Below, one piece after another: positions 48,469 to 58,319 of a stretch of 64,000 bases of DNA. The translations under genes and the position numbers were made by a program. Every line of letters begins with the position of its first letter. Position 1 is the stretch's first letter. The notes under the pieces were generated by a model that searched no databases, had not been told where the DNA came from, and was given only the letters and a program-made list of their open reading frames with translations. The DNA comes from Alphaproteobacteria bacterium. Lineage in GTDB: Bacteria > Pseudomonadota > Alphaproteobacteria > SP197. The stretch covers positions 576,001 to 640,000 of the forward strand of contig OZ219918.1 of NCBI GenBank assembly GCA_964291415.2, in the 5' to 3' direction.

Positions 48469-49158
48469 CTACCAAGGCTGGGATGTCCGGTCGCGGAAGA
48501 ATCCGCCAGTCGGCCCATCGTCGGCCAGGGTTGCCAGGAAGAGTGCGGTGTCGGCACCCTGCGCAACCGAACGCGTCGCCGTCTTCCCGCCCATGCGGGT
48601 GCGAACCCAGCCCGGACACATGCAGTTGACCAGAACCCCTGGTCCGGCCTCACGCGCAAGGCGCACGGTGAGGGCGTTGAGCGCGGCTTTGGAGATGGCA
48701 TAGGCCGCCGGACCCTCGAGCCCGGAAGCGAAGGACCCCCAGCCGGACGAGACGTTGACCACCCGGCCCCATCCTCGCCGGGCCATGCCGGGCATGAAGG
48801 CTCGAGCGGTGCGGTACGGGCCGAGGAAGTTGACGGCGATCGCCTCGTCCATCGGCGCCGAATCTCCTGAAAGGAGGTTGCCCTCCGCAAGCACGCCGGC
48901 GTTGTTGACAAGCACATCAATCTCGATCCCGGCACCGGCGAGCCTGTCCGTGCACGCCCGGACCGACCCATCGTCGGAGACGTCGAGCCTTTCGACGCGA
49001 ACGTCATGACCGTCCGTCATTAGATTGGCTGCCGCTTCCTCGCCGGACGCGGGATCGCGGGAGCCGAGCACGATCGCATGCCCTTCGCGAGCAAGCTGGC
49101 GGCAGATCTCGAGTCCAATGCCCCGGTTGCCGCCGGTAACGAGCGCGGTCCTGATCAT
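48469..49158 (-). CDS. SDR family oxidoreductase (carbonyl reductase-like)
   Basis: TGGNRGIG, NNAG, VSS, YAISK, CPGWVRT; GGAGG RBS. Confidence 0.93.
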   Translation of the reverse strand: MIRTALVTGGNRGIGLEICRQLAREGHAIVLGSRDPASGEEAAANLMTDGHDVRVERLDVSDDGSVRACTDRLAGAGIEIDVLVNNAGVLAEGNLLSGDSAPMDEAIAVNFLGPYRTARAFMPGMARRGWGRVVNVSSGWGSFASGLEGPAAYAISKAALNALTVRLAREAGPGVLVNCMCPGWVRTRMGGKTATRSVAQGADTALFLATLADDGPTGGFFRDRTSQPW

Positions 49159-49329
49159 GATTGCTTCCTCCGTCGTGTCTGTCTCGCGAGCCGCCGCACC
49201 GACACAGCAGGCGCCCGCGACGCGGTAAGGCGGACGCCGAAACCCTCCCGGCACTGATCCACACCGTCGCGGTCATGCCAGCATGCGGCCTGCGTCGGCA
49301 ATGTGGTAGCGCATCAACCACGGCGGCGG

Positions 49330-49620
49330 CAATGACAAGGCAAACGGAAGGCTGCAGCCCTGCTGATGACCCTTGGCCCGGCGAGGCATCCGCGTTGGCG
49401 CTTCGCGCGCCCGGACCTCGTTGTCCTGGACCGCGTCACACCCAGCCTGTCGGCGGCAACCGTCTGCAGCGACATTCCCGGTGCCGCGGAAGCGGCGGAA
49501 ACGGTCTCGGCGTGCCGGCCATGCTTCGTATCGTCGGCACCCGGCGCGGTCTCGGGAAAGCCGCGGGGCGACAGCGTGCGGGGGAGCCCGCCATGGCGCT
49601 CGACGGCACCGGCGCAGCGC
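49330..49620 (+). pseudogene. Possible decayed response-regulator receiver domain
   Basis: PDLVVLDRVTPSLSAATVC starting at 49411 resembles the receiver motif PDLVVLDxMLPGLSGxEVC; flanking similarity is scattered across frames. Confidence 0.35.
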
Positions 49621-49732
49621 TCGAGCTCCTGTCCGACTCCGGCGTCCACCCGGTTGACATATCATCGAGTCTGTTCGACCAGTTGCGCTGGATGTCCGAT
49701 GCCGGCCATGCCCTCGTTTCGGGAGTCAAGCC

Positions 49733-50386
49733 TTGAACACCTTCACCCCCAGCGAACGCAGCCGCGTGAAGCGGCTCTTCAAGCGCGCTCATTACGATGC
49801 AGACACCGTGCACCGGCTGATCGACGAGATCGGCACCGGCTCGGTCGGCTACGTCATCAAGGGCCAGCCCCATGTCACGCCGACCCTGGTCTGGCGCGAG
49901 GGCGAGCGCGTCTATTGGCATGGCTCGTCGGCAAGCCGCATGCTGCGCAAGGTTCACGGCGGTGTGCCGGTCTGCGTCAACGTCTTCCACCTCGACGGCT
50001 TCGTGCTGGCGCGCTCGGGCATGCATTCCAGCGTCAACTACCGATCGGCCACGCTTTTCGGCACGGCCGCGCTGGTCAGGGACGCGACCGAAAAGGAGGC
50101 CTCCCTCAAGGCCTTCCTGGACCGTTTCGTGCCGGGCCGCTGGGAGACCCTGCGACCGGTGCAGGCCCAGGAACTCAAGGCCACCTCGGTCGTCGGAATG
50201 ACCATCGAGGAAGCAAGCGCCAAGATCAGGACCGGCCATTGCGAGGACGACGAGGAGGACTACGCCCTCGACATCTGGGCCGGGCTCGTGCCGGTGCGCA
50301 CCGTGATCGGCGAGCCTGAGGACGATCCACGCCTGAAGCCCGGCGTTCCGCGCCCCGAGCACCTCAAGGGCATTCGCATCGGTTGA
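49733..50386 (+). CDS. Pyridoxamine 5'-phosphate oxidase-like flavin-binding protein
   Basis: RAHYD, YWHGSSASRM, LDGFVLARS..HSSVNYRS, SAKIRTG, WAGLVP. Confidence 0.9.
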   Translation: MNTFTPSERSRVKRLFKRAHYDADTVHRLIDEIGTGSVGYVIKGQPHVTPTLVWREGERVYWHGSSASRMLRKVHGGVPVCVNVFHLDGFVLARSGMHSSVNYRSATLFGTAALVRDATEKEASLKAFLDRFVPGRWETLRPVQAQELKATSVVGMTIEEASAKIRTGHCEDDEEDYALDIWAGLVPVRTVIGEPEDDPRLKPGVPRPEHLKGIRIG

Positions 50387-50439
50387 CCTGTATCCGTCAC
50401 CAAGGGTTTGCGTAGCGGGATCAGGCGGGTGACGCCGTC

Positions 50440-51930
50440 TCAGAAGAGATCGAACTGCTCGGTGTCGCTGCGTTTCGCGCGCGTCCTGCGGCGCGATGTC
50501 TTGCCTGCCTCTCCCGCCACGGCATCCACAGTGGCATCGGCGAACTCGATGGCAAGACGGCAGCCTTTCTCGACTCCCGCCGCCCGCGTCACGGGCGTTC
50601 CATCCGATCGCACGACCGCATACCCGCGTTCGAGAACAGACCGGTAGCAGAGACTTTCCAGGAGCCCGGCGAGCCCGGTGAGAGTGCGGGCCGGTGTCGC
50701 CAGCCCTTCCCCGATGGCCCGATCGAGGCTGTCGGCGAGATGGGCGAGGCGGTCCCCGGTGCGGGCCACGCGCCCGGCAAGGAGTTCCGCATTGATGCCC
50801 GAAGCAATTGCGGCGAGACGGGCGCGCCTGTCCGCGATCCAGGCGCCCGGTTCCGGCATCGCCAGGATGCGCTCGTCCAGGGCGCGGCCAAGGCCAGCGA
50901 GTCTCAGCGACATCACCCGGTCGAGACCCGAGACGACGTGATCGAGGTCCTGGCTTCTTTGTTCGAGAATGCGACCGGGCCTCGGCAAACCGCGGGCGAG
51001 ACCTGCCAGGTGGCTGGCGAGGCGCTGGTGCAGCTCCGTGGTTGCCCGCACCAGCCTGCCGTCGGTCTCGATCAGGCGCGTCATGAGTTCGGCCCGCACC
51101 GGTACGGCAATCTCCGCCGCCGCGGTCGGCGTGGGCGCTCTCAGGTCCGCAGCATGATCGATCAGGGTCGTGTCCGTTTCGTGCCCCACGGCCGATATCA
51201 GCGGTATGGCGCTGGCGGCGGCAGCGCGCACCACGCTCTCTTCGTTGAAGGGCATGAGATCCTCGAAGCTGCCACCGCCGCGGGCGACGATGATAAGATC
51301 TGGGCGCGGCACCCGATCGTTGTGGCTGATGGCGTTGAAACCCTCGATGGCGGCGGTGATCTCGGCCGCGGCGGCCTCCCCCTGCACCGGCACTGGCCAC
51401 ACCAGCACATGGCGGGGGAAGCGTTCTCGCAGACGGTGCAGGATGTCGCGGATTACCGCGCCCGTCGGTGACGTCACGACACCGATGACGTCGGGCAGCG
51501 ACGGCAGCGGCTGCTTGGCGGCGGGATCGAAGAGGCCCTCCGCCTCGAGTTGCTTGCGTCGCTTCTCGAGCAGCACCATCAGGGCGCCGAGCCCGGCAGG
51601 CTCGAGGCTCTCGATGATCAGCTGGTAGCTGGAACGGCCGGGATAGGTCGTCAGCTTGCCTGTGGCCACCATTTCCAGACCCTGTTCGGGCCGGTGGGCC
51701 AGGCGGTTGGCCGTTCGCGACCAGCAGACGCAGTCGAGCACCGCCTTGTCTTCCTTCATGGAGAGGTAGACGTGTCCCGATGCCGCCCTCGTGACCCGGC
51801 CGATCTCGCCGCGGATGCGGACACGCTCGAAGGCCGCCTCGACGGTCGAGCGCACCCGTTGCGAGATCTCGGCGACGCCGAATTCGGGGACGTTGCCTGC
51901 CTGGTCGGGGATTGCAGCGGATGCTTCCAT
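50440..51930 (-). CDS. xseA: Exodeoxyribonuclease VII large subunit
   Basis: SGHVY, VTSPTGAVIRDI, VQG, ARGGGS.EDL, SAVGHETD, APTPTAAAE, VLERGY. Confidence 0.96.
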   Translation of the reverse strand: MEASAAIPDQAGNVPEFGVAEISQRVRSTVEAAFERVRIRGEIGRVTRAASGHVYLSMKEDKAVLDCVCWSRTANRLAHRPEQGLEMVATGKLTTYPGRSSYQLIIESLEPAGLGALMVLLEKRRKQLEAEGLFDPAAKQPLPSLPDVIGVVTSPTGAVIRDILHRLRERFPRHVLVWPVPVQGEAAAAEITAAIEGFNAISHNDRVPRPDLIIVARGGGSFEDLMPFNEESVVRAAAASAIPLISAVGHETDTTLIDHAADLRAPTPTAAAEIAVPVRAELMTRLIETDGRLVRATTELHQRLASHLAGLARGLPRPGRILEQRSQDLDHVVSGLDRVMSLRLAGLGRALDERILAMPEPGAWIADRRARLAAIASGINAELLAGRVARTGDRLAHLADSLDRAIGEGLATPARTLTGLAGLLESLCYRSVLERGYAVVRSDGTPVTRAAGVEKGCRLAIEFADATVDAVAGEAGKTSRRRTRAKRSDTEQFDLF

Positions 51931-52037
51931 GACGGCGCCATGATACAAGACCCGCGACGCCGGACCAGCCGCATGGGAGAACGAACGATGGGTGTGACGG
52001 CTCCGTCGCGAGGGAATCCGGCTGACGGCGATCTTCC

Positions 52038-53312
52038 ATGAGGGTTCTCGTGATCGGCGGCGGCGGCCGGGAGCACGCGCTGGTGAGGACAATTGCCGCA
52101 TCGCCGCGTGTCACGGCGGTATGCTGCGCCCCCGGCAATGCCGGTATCGCGAACGATGCCGGGCTGGTCGACATTGCGGCTGACGACGTCGCCGGCCTCG
52201 TCGCATGGGCGCGGACCCATGCCGTCGATCTCGTCGTGCCCGGTCCGGAAGCGGCCCTCGTTGCCGGGATTGTCGACGCCATGGAGGATGCGGGCATTGC
52301 CTGCATCGGACCCGATGCCGCCGCCGCCCGGCTCGAGGCATCGAAGTCGCTGATGAAGGAAATCGCCGATGCCGCCGGCGTGCCCACGGCCCGCTGGCGG
52401 CGTTTCGAGGATGCGGGCGAGGCGAGGGCGTGGGTTGCAGCCTGCGGGGCGCCCGTCGTGATCAAGGCCGATGGCCTCACGGGCGGCAAGGGTGTCACCG
52501 TCGCATTCACCGAGGCCGAGGCTCTGCGGGCTGTTGACGAGGCGCTGGCGGACCGCGTGTTCGGCGACGCCGGTTCTTCCGTGGTCATCGAGGAGTTTCT
52601 CGATGGCGAGGAGGCGAGCTACCACGTGCTCGTGGACGGCACGTCGATCCTGCCGCTCGCCACGGCCCAGGATCACAAGCGCGTCGGCGACGGGGATACC
52701 GGCCCCAACACCGGCGGCATGGGATGCTATTCGCCAGCGCCGGTGGTCACCCCCGACATCGAGGCGCGGATCCTTGACGACATCATCCGTCCGACCGTCG
52801 CCGCCATGAGCCAGCGCGGCACGCCGTTTCGCGGCGTCCTCTACGCCGGGCTGATGATCTCCTCCGAAGGCCCCAGGCTCCTCGAATACAACGTCCGCTT
52901 CGGTGACCCGGAATGCCAGGTCCTGCTGGCCCGCCTCGACTCGGATCTCGTGCCTGCACTGCAGGCGACCCGCGACGGCACGCTCGATCATGTCCGCCTC
53001 ACGTGGCGCGACGAGTCGGCTCTGACCGTGGTGATGGCCACGCGGGGCTATCCGGGGACCTATCCCCGGGCCACACCCATTCGCCGGCTCGACGAGGCGG
53101 CGGGCGATGATGGCGTGATCCTTCATGCCGGCACGGCGCGAAGGGATGGCGGCTGGGTGTCGGCGGGCGGGCGCGTGCTCGGTGTGACGGCGTGCGGTGC
53201 GTCCCTCGCCGAGGCCCGCGATCGCGCCTATCGCATTGTCGACAGGATCGACTGGGCGGAAGGGTTCTGCCGTCGCGATATCGGCAACAAGGGGATCACG
53301 CGCCAGGGGTGA
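52038..53312 (+). CDS. purD: Phosphoribosylamine-glycine ligase
   Basis: GGGGREHAL, PGNAG, GPEA, KADGL..GKGV, QDHKR, NTGGMG, EYNVRFGDPE, GGRVL. Confidence 0.98.
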   Translation: MRVLVIGGGGREHALVRTIAASPRVTAVCCAPGNAGIANDAGLVDIAADDVAGLVAWARTHAVDLVVPGPEAALVAGIVDAMEDAGIACIGPDAAAARLEASKSLMKEIADAAGVPTARWRRFEDAGEARAWVAACGAPVVIKADGLTGGKGVTVAFTEAEALRAVDEALADRVFGDAGSSVVIEEFLDGEEASYHVLVDGTSILPLATAQDHKRVGDGDTGPNTGGMGCYSPAPVVTPDIEARILDDIIRPTVAAMSQRGTPFRGVLYAGLMISSEGPRLLEYNVRFGDPECQVLLARLDSDLVPALQATRDGTLDHVRLTWRDESALTVVMATRGYPGTYPRATPIRRLDEAAGDDGVILHAGTARRDGGWVSAGGRVLGVTACGASLAEARDRAYRIVDRIDWAEGFCRRDIGNKGITRQG

Positions 53313-53462
53313 GCCGTTTCGGACCCCACGTGATGAACAGGCGGCAGGTGCGGTGTCGACGCCCGGGTGCCCGGCAATGGGACCCTCTCCGCCAGGACCA
53401 TGGGCCACAGTCGTTGCATCGTCGTCATCGGGAGTGGTGCCGGCGACGGCGGATTGGCCGTC

Positions 53463-54623
53463 TCATGTCCGCACGATGAGAGTCTGGGGCGAGCGCGTGG
53501 TGAGGATCTCGCAGCCCTTCTCCGTCAGGATGGCGGTGTTGGAGATGAAGTAGTCGACACAGTCCGTGTCGGTGAACCAGGAATGAAGGTGAAAGGACAT
53601 GCCCCGCTTCATCTCCAGGTCCGAATCGGGTGCGAGACTCGTGACCATGGAGCCTCCGGTCCAGCTTGGCGGAAAACCGATTCCCGTCAGGTAGCCGCAG
53701 TGATGCCGCTCGTAACCCTTGAGCCCCCGGCTTCGTGCGACATCCCGCCATGCCGCATAGGCATCTCCGGCCCGCGCACCCGGCACGATCGCCGCCGCGA
53801 TCGCCTCCATGGCGTCGATGGCCATTGAGACGGAGCGTTCGACGCCGTCAGGAGCGCCCCCCACGTAGACCAGCCGGCCCATGGGCGCCTGGTACTTGCG
53901 GTAGGCCGCACCGATCTCCAGGAACACGGCATCGCCGTTGCGGAACGTCTCGCCCCGCCATGTCGTGTGTTCCTCGCCAAGCCTCGAGGTCGGCCTGATG
54001 AACGGCCCGAAGCCGGGATACTCGCTGCCTGCCAGACACAGGGCGCGCTGGCATTCGCCTGCAACCTCATGATCGCTTGCGCCATGGCGTATGGCATCGA
54101 TTGCCGCCAGCGTCCCGGCATCGGCCGCGTCTGCGGCACGGCGCGTATAGGTGATTTCGAGCGGTGACTTCACCATCCGCAGGGCATCGACGAGGCCCGA
54201 GCCATCGCTCCATGCGGCCGCTGGCGCACCGGCCTTGATGCGGCTCGCCGTATGCGGCGTCAGAAACAGGGACCGCTCCTCGAGTGCGACCCGGCCGTCG
54301 CTAATTCCGAGCAGGGTCATCGCGTCGAGCACATGGTCGGCCGGCTCCTCGTCATCGGCGTGGCCATGGAACACGGCGTTGGCGACCTGGTTGTCAACCG
54401 TGATCTGCTCCATGGCCCGGGCCACGAGGCGGAGTTCGCCGTCGCGCGGCACGACGAGGATGTGTGACGCGAAGAATCCCCAGTGATCGAGACCGGTGAG
54501 GTAGTAGATGTTTTCCGGACTGGCGATGAGAAGACCGTCAAGGTCACGCTCGACAATCGCGTCGCGGAGCGTCTTGAGGCGTCGATCGAGTTCCTGGCGT
54601 GGAAAGGGCTGGTGAGCGGTCAT
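53463..54623 (-). CDS. M24 family hydrolase, divergent ectoine-hydrolase/creatinase-like paralogue
   Basis: PENIYYLTG, LRMVKSP.EI, EHTTW, YQAPMGR, CGY..GIGFPP.W; lacks the usual prolidase metal motifs. Confidence 0.85.
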   Translation of the reverse strand: MTAHQPFPRQELDRRLKTLRDAIVERDLDGLLIASPENIYYLTGLDHWGFFASHILVVPRDGELRLVARAMEQITVDNQVANAVFHGHADDEEPADHVLDAMTLLGISDGRVALEERSLFLTPHTASRIKAGAPAAAWSDGSGLVDALRMVKSPLEITYTRRAADAADAGTLAAIDAIRHGASDHEVAGECQRALCLAGSEYPGFGPFIRPTSRLGEEHTTWRGETFRNGDAVFLEIGAAYRKYQAPMGRLVYVGGAPDGVERSVSMAIDAMEAIAAAIVPGARAGDAYAAWRDVARSRGLKGYERHHCGYLTGIGFPPSWTGGSMVTSLAPDSDLEMKRGMSFHLHSWFTDTDCVDYFISNTAILTEKGCEILTTRSPQTLIVRT

Positions 54624-54646
54624 GGCGGGTTCCCGTGGGTCGCGTG

Positions 54647-55825
54647 TCAGGCGACCACGCGGAGTGCGCGTTCGACATCACAAAGGCGCTCGCCTCCGCC
54701 GGCGGTGACGACGAAGGACTCCGAGACCGCGGCGCCGTAGCGCTCGAGCCACACGCCCGACTGGAAGTGGAAACACATGCCGGCCTCGAGGACCGTGTTG
54801 TCGCCGGGGCGAAGGCTGGCGGTCCGTTCTCCCCAGTCGGGCGGAAAGCCGAGACCGATGGAATAGCCCACGCGGCTCTCCTTGCGGTAGCCGTGGCGGT
54901 TGAGCACACCCTGCCACACGGCTTCCACATCGGCGCACGTGGCGCCGGGACGGGCCGCCTGCAGCGCCGCATTGCCGCCCTCCACAATCGTCTCCGCAAG
55001 CTTGGCGACGTCACGCGGTGGCTTGCCCATATGCGCCGTTCGGGTGAGTGGCGCGTGGTAGTGGCGCCGTGCCGCAGCCAGTTCCATGACCACGAGACCC
55101 TCGTCAGGCAAGGTTTCGGATGTCCAGGTGAGGTGCGGCGTTGCCGTGCCGTCCCCGACCTGGATCAGCGGGCAAATGCTGGTGTAGTCGCCGTGCTGTC
55201 CGTCAAGACCGCTGATCTGCGTGTGATAGACGTCCGCGATGATGTCCTTTTGCCGGGCGCCCGGGCGAAGGCGCTCCAGAGCCCTTTCCATGACCCTTGT
55301 CGCGAGTCTGCCGGCCTCGCGCATGTACGACAGTTCCGCGGGCGACTTGACCAGCCGCGCCCAGTTCACCAGTTCGCGGTTGTCGGCGATCCGGGCGCCG
55401 CCCAGTCCGTCGACGAGGTGCCGATGGGCTCTTGCCGTATAGTAGTGGGCGTCCAGTTCGACGCCGATGCTCGCGGAACCCCAGCCGCGCTGCCTGATCA
55501 GATCGCACAATTCGTCGAAGGGATGGCGATCCGGGTGGTGAACCAGGGGTTCGGAGAATGCCACGACGTTGTCGCCCGGAAGGTCCGTCGTCATGACGGC
55601 GGACAGGGCGTCCTGGGCGCGGCCGAACCACACCGGAAACCGGTCGTCGCGATGGAACAGCACGGCCTGCGGCGTGTAGAACGACCATCCGTCGAAGCCG
55701 GTCAGCCAGTGCATGTTCGCCGGATCCTGGCAGATCAGGAGATCGAACCCGGCCTCGTCCATGCGTTGACGGACCCTGTCGCGGCGCTGTGCGTATTCCG
55801 ATCCGTCGAAGGCGGCTGCTGTCAT
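54647..55825 (-). CDS. doeA: Ectoine hydrolase-like M24 protein (DoeA/EutD)
   Basis: DPANM.WLTG.DGWSFY, LVNWARLVKS, PHLTW, YHAPL.RT, SR.GYSIGL.FPPDWGERT.SLRPGD. Confidence 0.8.
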   Translation of the reverse strand: MTAAAFDGSEYAQRRDRVRQRMDEAGFDLLICQDPANMHWLTGFDGWSFYTPQAVLFHRDDRFPVWFGRAQDALSAVMTTDLPGDNVVAFSEPLVHHPDRHPFDELCDLIRQRGWGSASIGVELDAHYYTARAHRHLVDGLGGARIADNRELVNWARLVKSPAELSYMREAGRLATRVMERALERLRPGARQKDIIADVYHTQISGLDGQHGDYTSICPLIQVGDGTATPHLTWTSETLPDEGLVVMELAAARRHYHAPLTRTAHMGKPPRDVAKLAETIVEGGNAALQAARPGATCADVEAVWQGVLNRHGYRKESRVGYSIGLGFPPDWGERTASLRPGDNTVLEAGMCFHFQSGVWLERYGAAVSESFVVTAGGGERLCDVERALRVVA

Positions 55826-55834
55826 CGGACTCCT

Positions 55835-56649
55835 CTAGGCTGTGGCGTATCCCGACGCCGCATGGGGAGCCATGGCCCTCGCATGCGCGGCGATCGAGCG
55901 TGCCGTGAAACTGCCGTCAGGCGGCGTGTCGCGAACGAAGTGCCGCCAGCCGTCCTTGCCGCGCACCGGGATGGCGGACAGCTCCGGTCCGGCGGTCTGG
56001 CGCGCGTGGGCGGGCAGGAAGCGGACCGCGAGACCGATGCGTGGCGACCCGGTGCGGTTGGTGCCGGACGCATGGGCGAGAAGACAGTGGTGGAGCGACA
56101 TCTCTCCGGCATCGAGGATGACCGGAACAGCGTGCGATTCATCCATGTCGAGGACGATTTCCTGACCGCGGGTGAGGGCGCTCCCTTTCGAAAGAGTCTC
56201 CCGGTGGCGGAGCTTGTCTCGTGTGTGGGTGCCCGCCATGAACCGCATGCATCCGTTCTCCGGACGGACATCGGTGAGGGCAATCCACGCCGTGCAGATC
56301 TCGAAGGGCTCAAGATTCCAGTAGTTGGCGTCCTGGTGCCAGTTGATGCGCTGCCGTCCCCCGGGCGGCTTGCAGAAGAGGTCGGCCGCCTGGAGGAGGA
56401 TGTCCGGTCCGATGACCGATTCGACGCGGTCGAGCACGGCGTCATCTGTCGCGAGGTCGAAGACCCAGTCGCAAAGCAGATGCATCTTGATGCGCCAGGG
56501 ATGCGCAGACCCGACGGCGGTTCCTCCATGAGCCTCTCGATGCGCGTGGCCGCCATGCGGGCTCTCGCACCGGAGACCGCATCGAAGGGAAAGGCGAAGC
56601 CATCGCGCCTGTAGCGGCTGGCCGTATCGTTCGGGCGTCCGTCAGCCAT
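55835..56649 (-). pseudogene. PhyH-family Fe(II)/2-oxoglutarate dioxygenase with a single-base frameshift
   Basis: N-terminus YRRDGFAFP in one frame; WHQD..YW, WIAL, NGCM, H.S..N, R in another. The span is 815 nt (one short of 272 codons); shift at about 56504. Could be a sequencing error. Confidence 0.8.
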
Positions 56650-57475
56650 GGTGCCGTTCCCAGAGGATCGGCAGGAGATCGCAACGGTAGGGGCCTCCCT
56701 CGATGAGCCCGTGTTCCGCTTCCAGGAAATCCGTCATGTCGCGGGTCCACGGCCCCCGCCGCCGGTAGATGGCATCGCCGTCGGCGAAGCGCATGGTGAG
56801 CCGCCTGATGGTGCGCTGCGGCGGCGAAGCGTCCGGCGCGCCGTGGACCGTATGCGAATCGAAGACGAGGCAGTCTCCCGGTTGAAGCGCGTAGTCGACC
56901 CGGTCGCCGTATTCGCTCAGCCTGGAGAAATCGGGAGTCCTCTCGTAGATGCCGTGGGGATCGGCCTTCGGTCCGGTGCCCGCGAAACTCTCCGGCATGA
57001 AGTGCCTGTTCCAGGTATGGGATCCTTTGAGAATCGTGACGCCCTCGCCCCGGGCGACCGGTTCCAGCGCCATCCACAGTACGCACCACGTGCCGTCGAG
57101 ATCGAAGTACGGAGCATCGTGATGCCAGGGCGCCCGGTTGACGGCGCCGGCCTTGCGCACGAGCCAGTTGTCGGTCACGAGCATGACGGAAGAAACACCC
57201 ATGAGTTCGCCGGCGATCCGGGCGGCGGGCGATTCGAAGATGAATTCACGCATCGCAGGCACCTGCTGCCAGATCCAGAAATCCGTGACGTATGTGCCGG
57301 GGTTCGTATCCGCCGAATAGTCGACGAACATCGGGCCGGGGTTCGCCATGCCCTGGTCGATGGCGTCGCCGGCCACAGCCAGCCAGCGAGGGTCGAAGGC
57401 CTCGCGAAGGCAGACGACCCCGTCTTTCCTGTAGGAGGCACGCTGTTCCCCGGTCGTCAGCGGCACGTCGCTCAT
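56642..57475 (-). CDS. PhyH-family Fe(II)/2-oxoglutarate dioxygenase
   Basis: YRKDGVVCLR, PWHHD.PYF, W.AL, GSH.W, PGDCLVF...TVHGA, RR. Confidence 0.9.
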   Translation of the reverse strand: MSDVPLTTGEQRASYRKDGVVCLREAFDPRWLAVAGDAIDQGMANPGPMFVDYSADTNPGTYVTDFWIWQQVPAMREFIFESPAARIAGELMGVSSVMLVTDNWLVRKAGAVNRAPWHHDAPYFDLDGTWCVLWMALEPVARGEGVTILKGSHTWNRHFMPESFAGTGPKADPHGIYERTPDFSRLSEYGDRVDYALQPGDCLVFDSHTVHGAPDASPPQRTIRRLTMRFADGDAIYRRRGPWTRDMTDFLEAEHGLIEGGPYRCDLLPILWERHHG

Positions 57476-57482
57476 GCGCTCC

Positions 57483-58295
57483 TCAATCCGCGTCGAGCAC
57501 GGCGCTGAGGAACATCCTTGTGCGTTCGTTCTGCGGGTTGCCGATCAACTGGTCGGGCGGTCCCTGTTCGGCAATCTTGCCTTCGTAGAAGAAGCAGACG
57601 CGATCCGATATCTCGCGGGCAAATCCCATCTGGTGCGTCACGATGATCATGGTGAGGTCATGTTCCTTGGCGAGCTTGCGAATGACGTTCAGAACCTCGC
57701 CGATCACCTCCGGATCGAGTGCCGAGGTGACTTCATCGAAGAGCATGACCTTCGGTCGCATGGCGAGCGCGCGGGCAATGGCGACCCGCTGCTGCTGACC
57801 GCCGGAAAGGCGCGATGGATGCTGGCCCGCCTTGTCGGCAATGCCCACCATGGCCAGAAGTTCCATGGAGCGCTCCCGTGCCTCGTTCTTGCTGAGGCCC
57901 AGAGACTGCACGGGGGCTTCCATGCAGTTCTCGAGCACGGTCATGTGGGGGAAGAGATTGAAGTGCTGGAACACCATGCCGATGTCCGATCGCATCTTCC
58001 TGAGGTGGGCATCGCTGGATTCGACGAGGACGCCGCCCCTTTCCATGTGGGTGAGCGGCTGACCATAGAGATAGATGACGCCGTCATCGATCGGTTCGAG
58101 AGTCATCAGGACACGCAGGACCGTGGTCTTTCCCGAGCCGGACGGGCCGATGATCGAGACGATCTCGTTGGCTGCGATGTCGAGATCGAGTGAATCGAGC
58201 ACGGTGAGGTCGCCGTAACGCTTGGACACCCTGGAGAAGCGCACCGCGGGTGGATCGGCTTCATTCAGCCGGAGGGGATAGGTGTCGTTGTCCAT
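57483..58295 (-). CDS. ehuA: Ectoine/hydroxyectoine-type ABC ATP-binding protein
   Basis: GPSGSGKTTVLRVLMTLE, LSGGQQQR, FDEVTSALDPE. Confidence 0.88.
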   Translation of the reverse strand: MDNDTYPLRLNEADPPAVRFSRVSKRYGDLTVLDSLDLDIAANEIVSIIGPSGSGKTTVLRVLMTLEPIDDGVIYLYGQPLTHMERGGVLVESSDAHLRKMRSDIGMVFQHFNLFPHMTVLENCMEAPVQSLGLSKNEARERSMELLAMVGIADKAGQHPSRLSGGQQQRVAIARALAMRPKVMLFDEVTSALDPEVIGEVLNVIRKLAKEHDLTMIIVTHQMGFAREISDRVCFFYEGKIAEQGPPDQLIGNPQNERTRMFLSAVLDAD

Positions 58296-58319
58296 GGCCT
58301 CGCTTGTCCCGGCGGCTCG

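Noticed and set aside
49314-49649. HTH-like TVAADRLGVTRS on the - strand
   Set aside because: Short match that is the antisense reading of the better receiver-domain-like segment.
49436-52588. 1050-aa - strand ORF
   Set aside because: Off-frame to xseA and antisense to purD and the flavin-binding gene; Arg/Pro-rich with no motifs.
55835-57475. Calling the dioxygenases ectD
   Set aside because: The EctD signature is absent and no ectABC genes are present.
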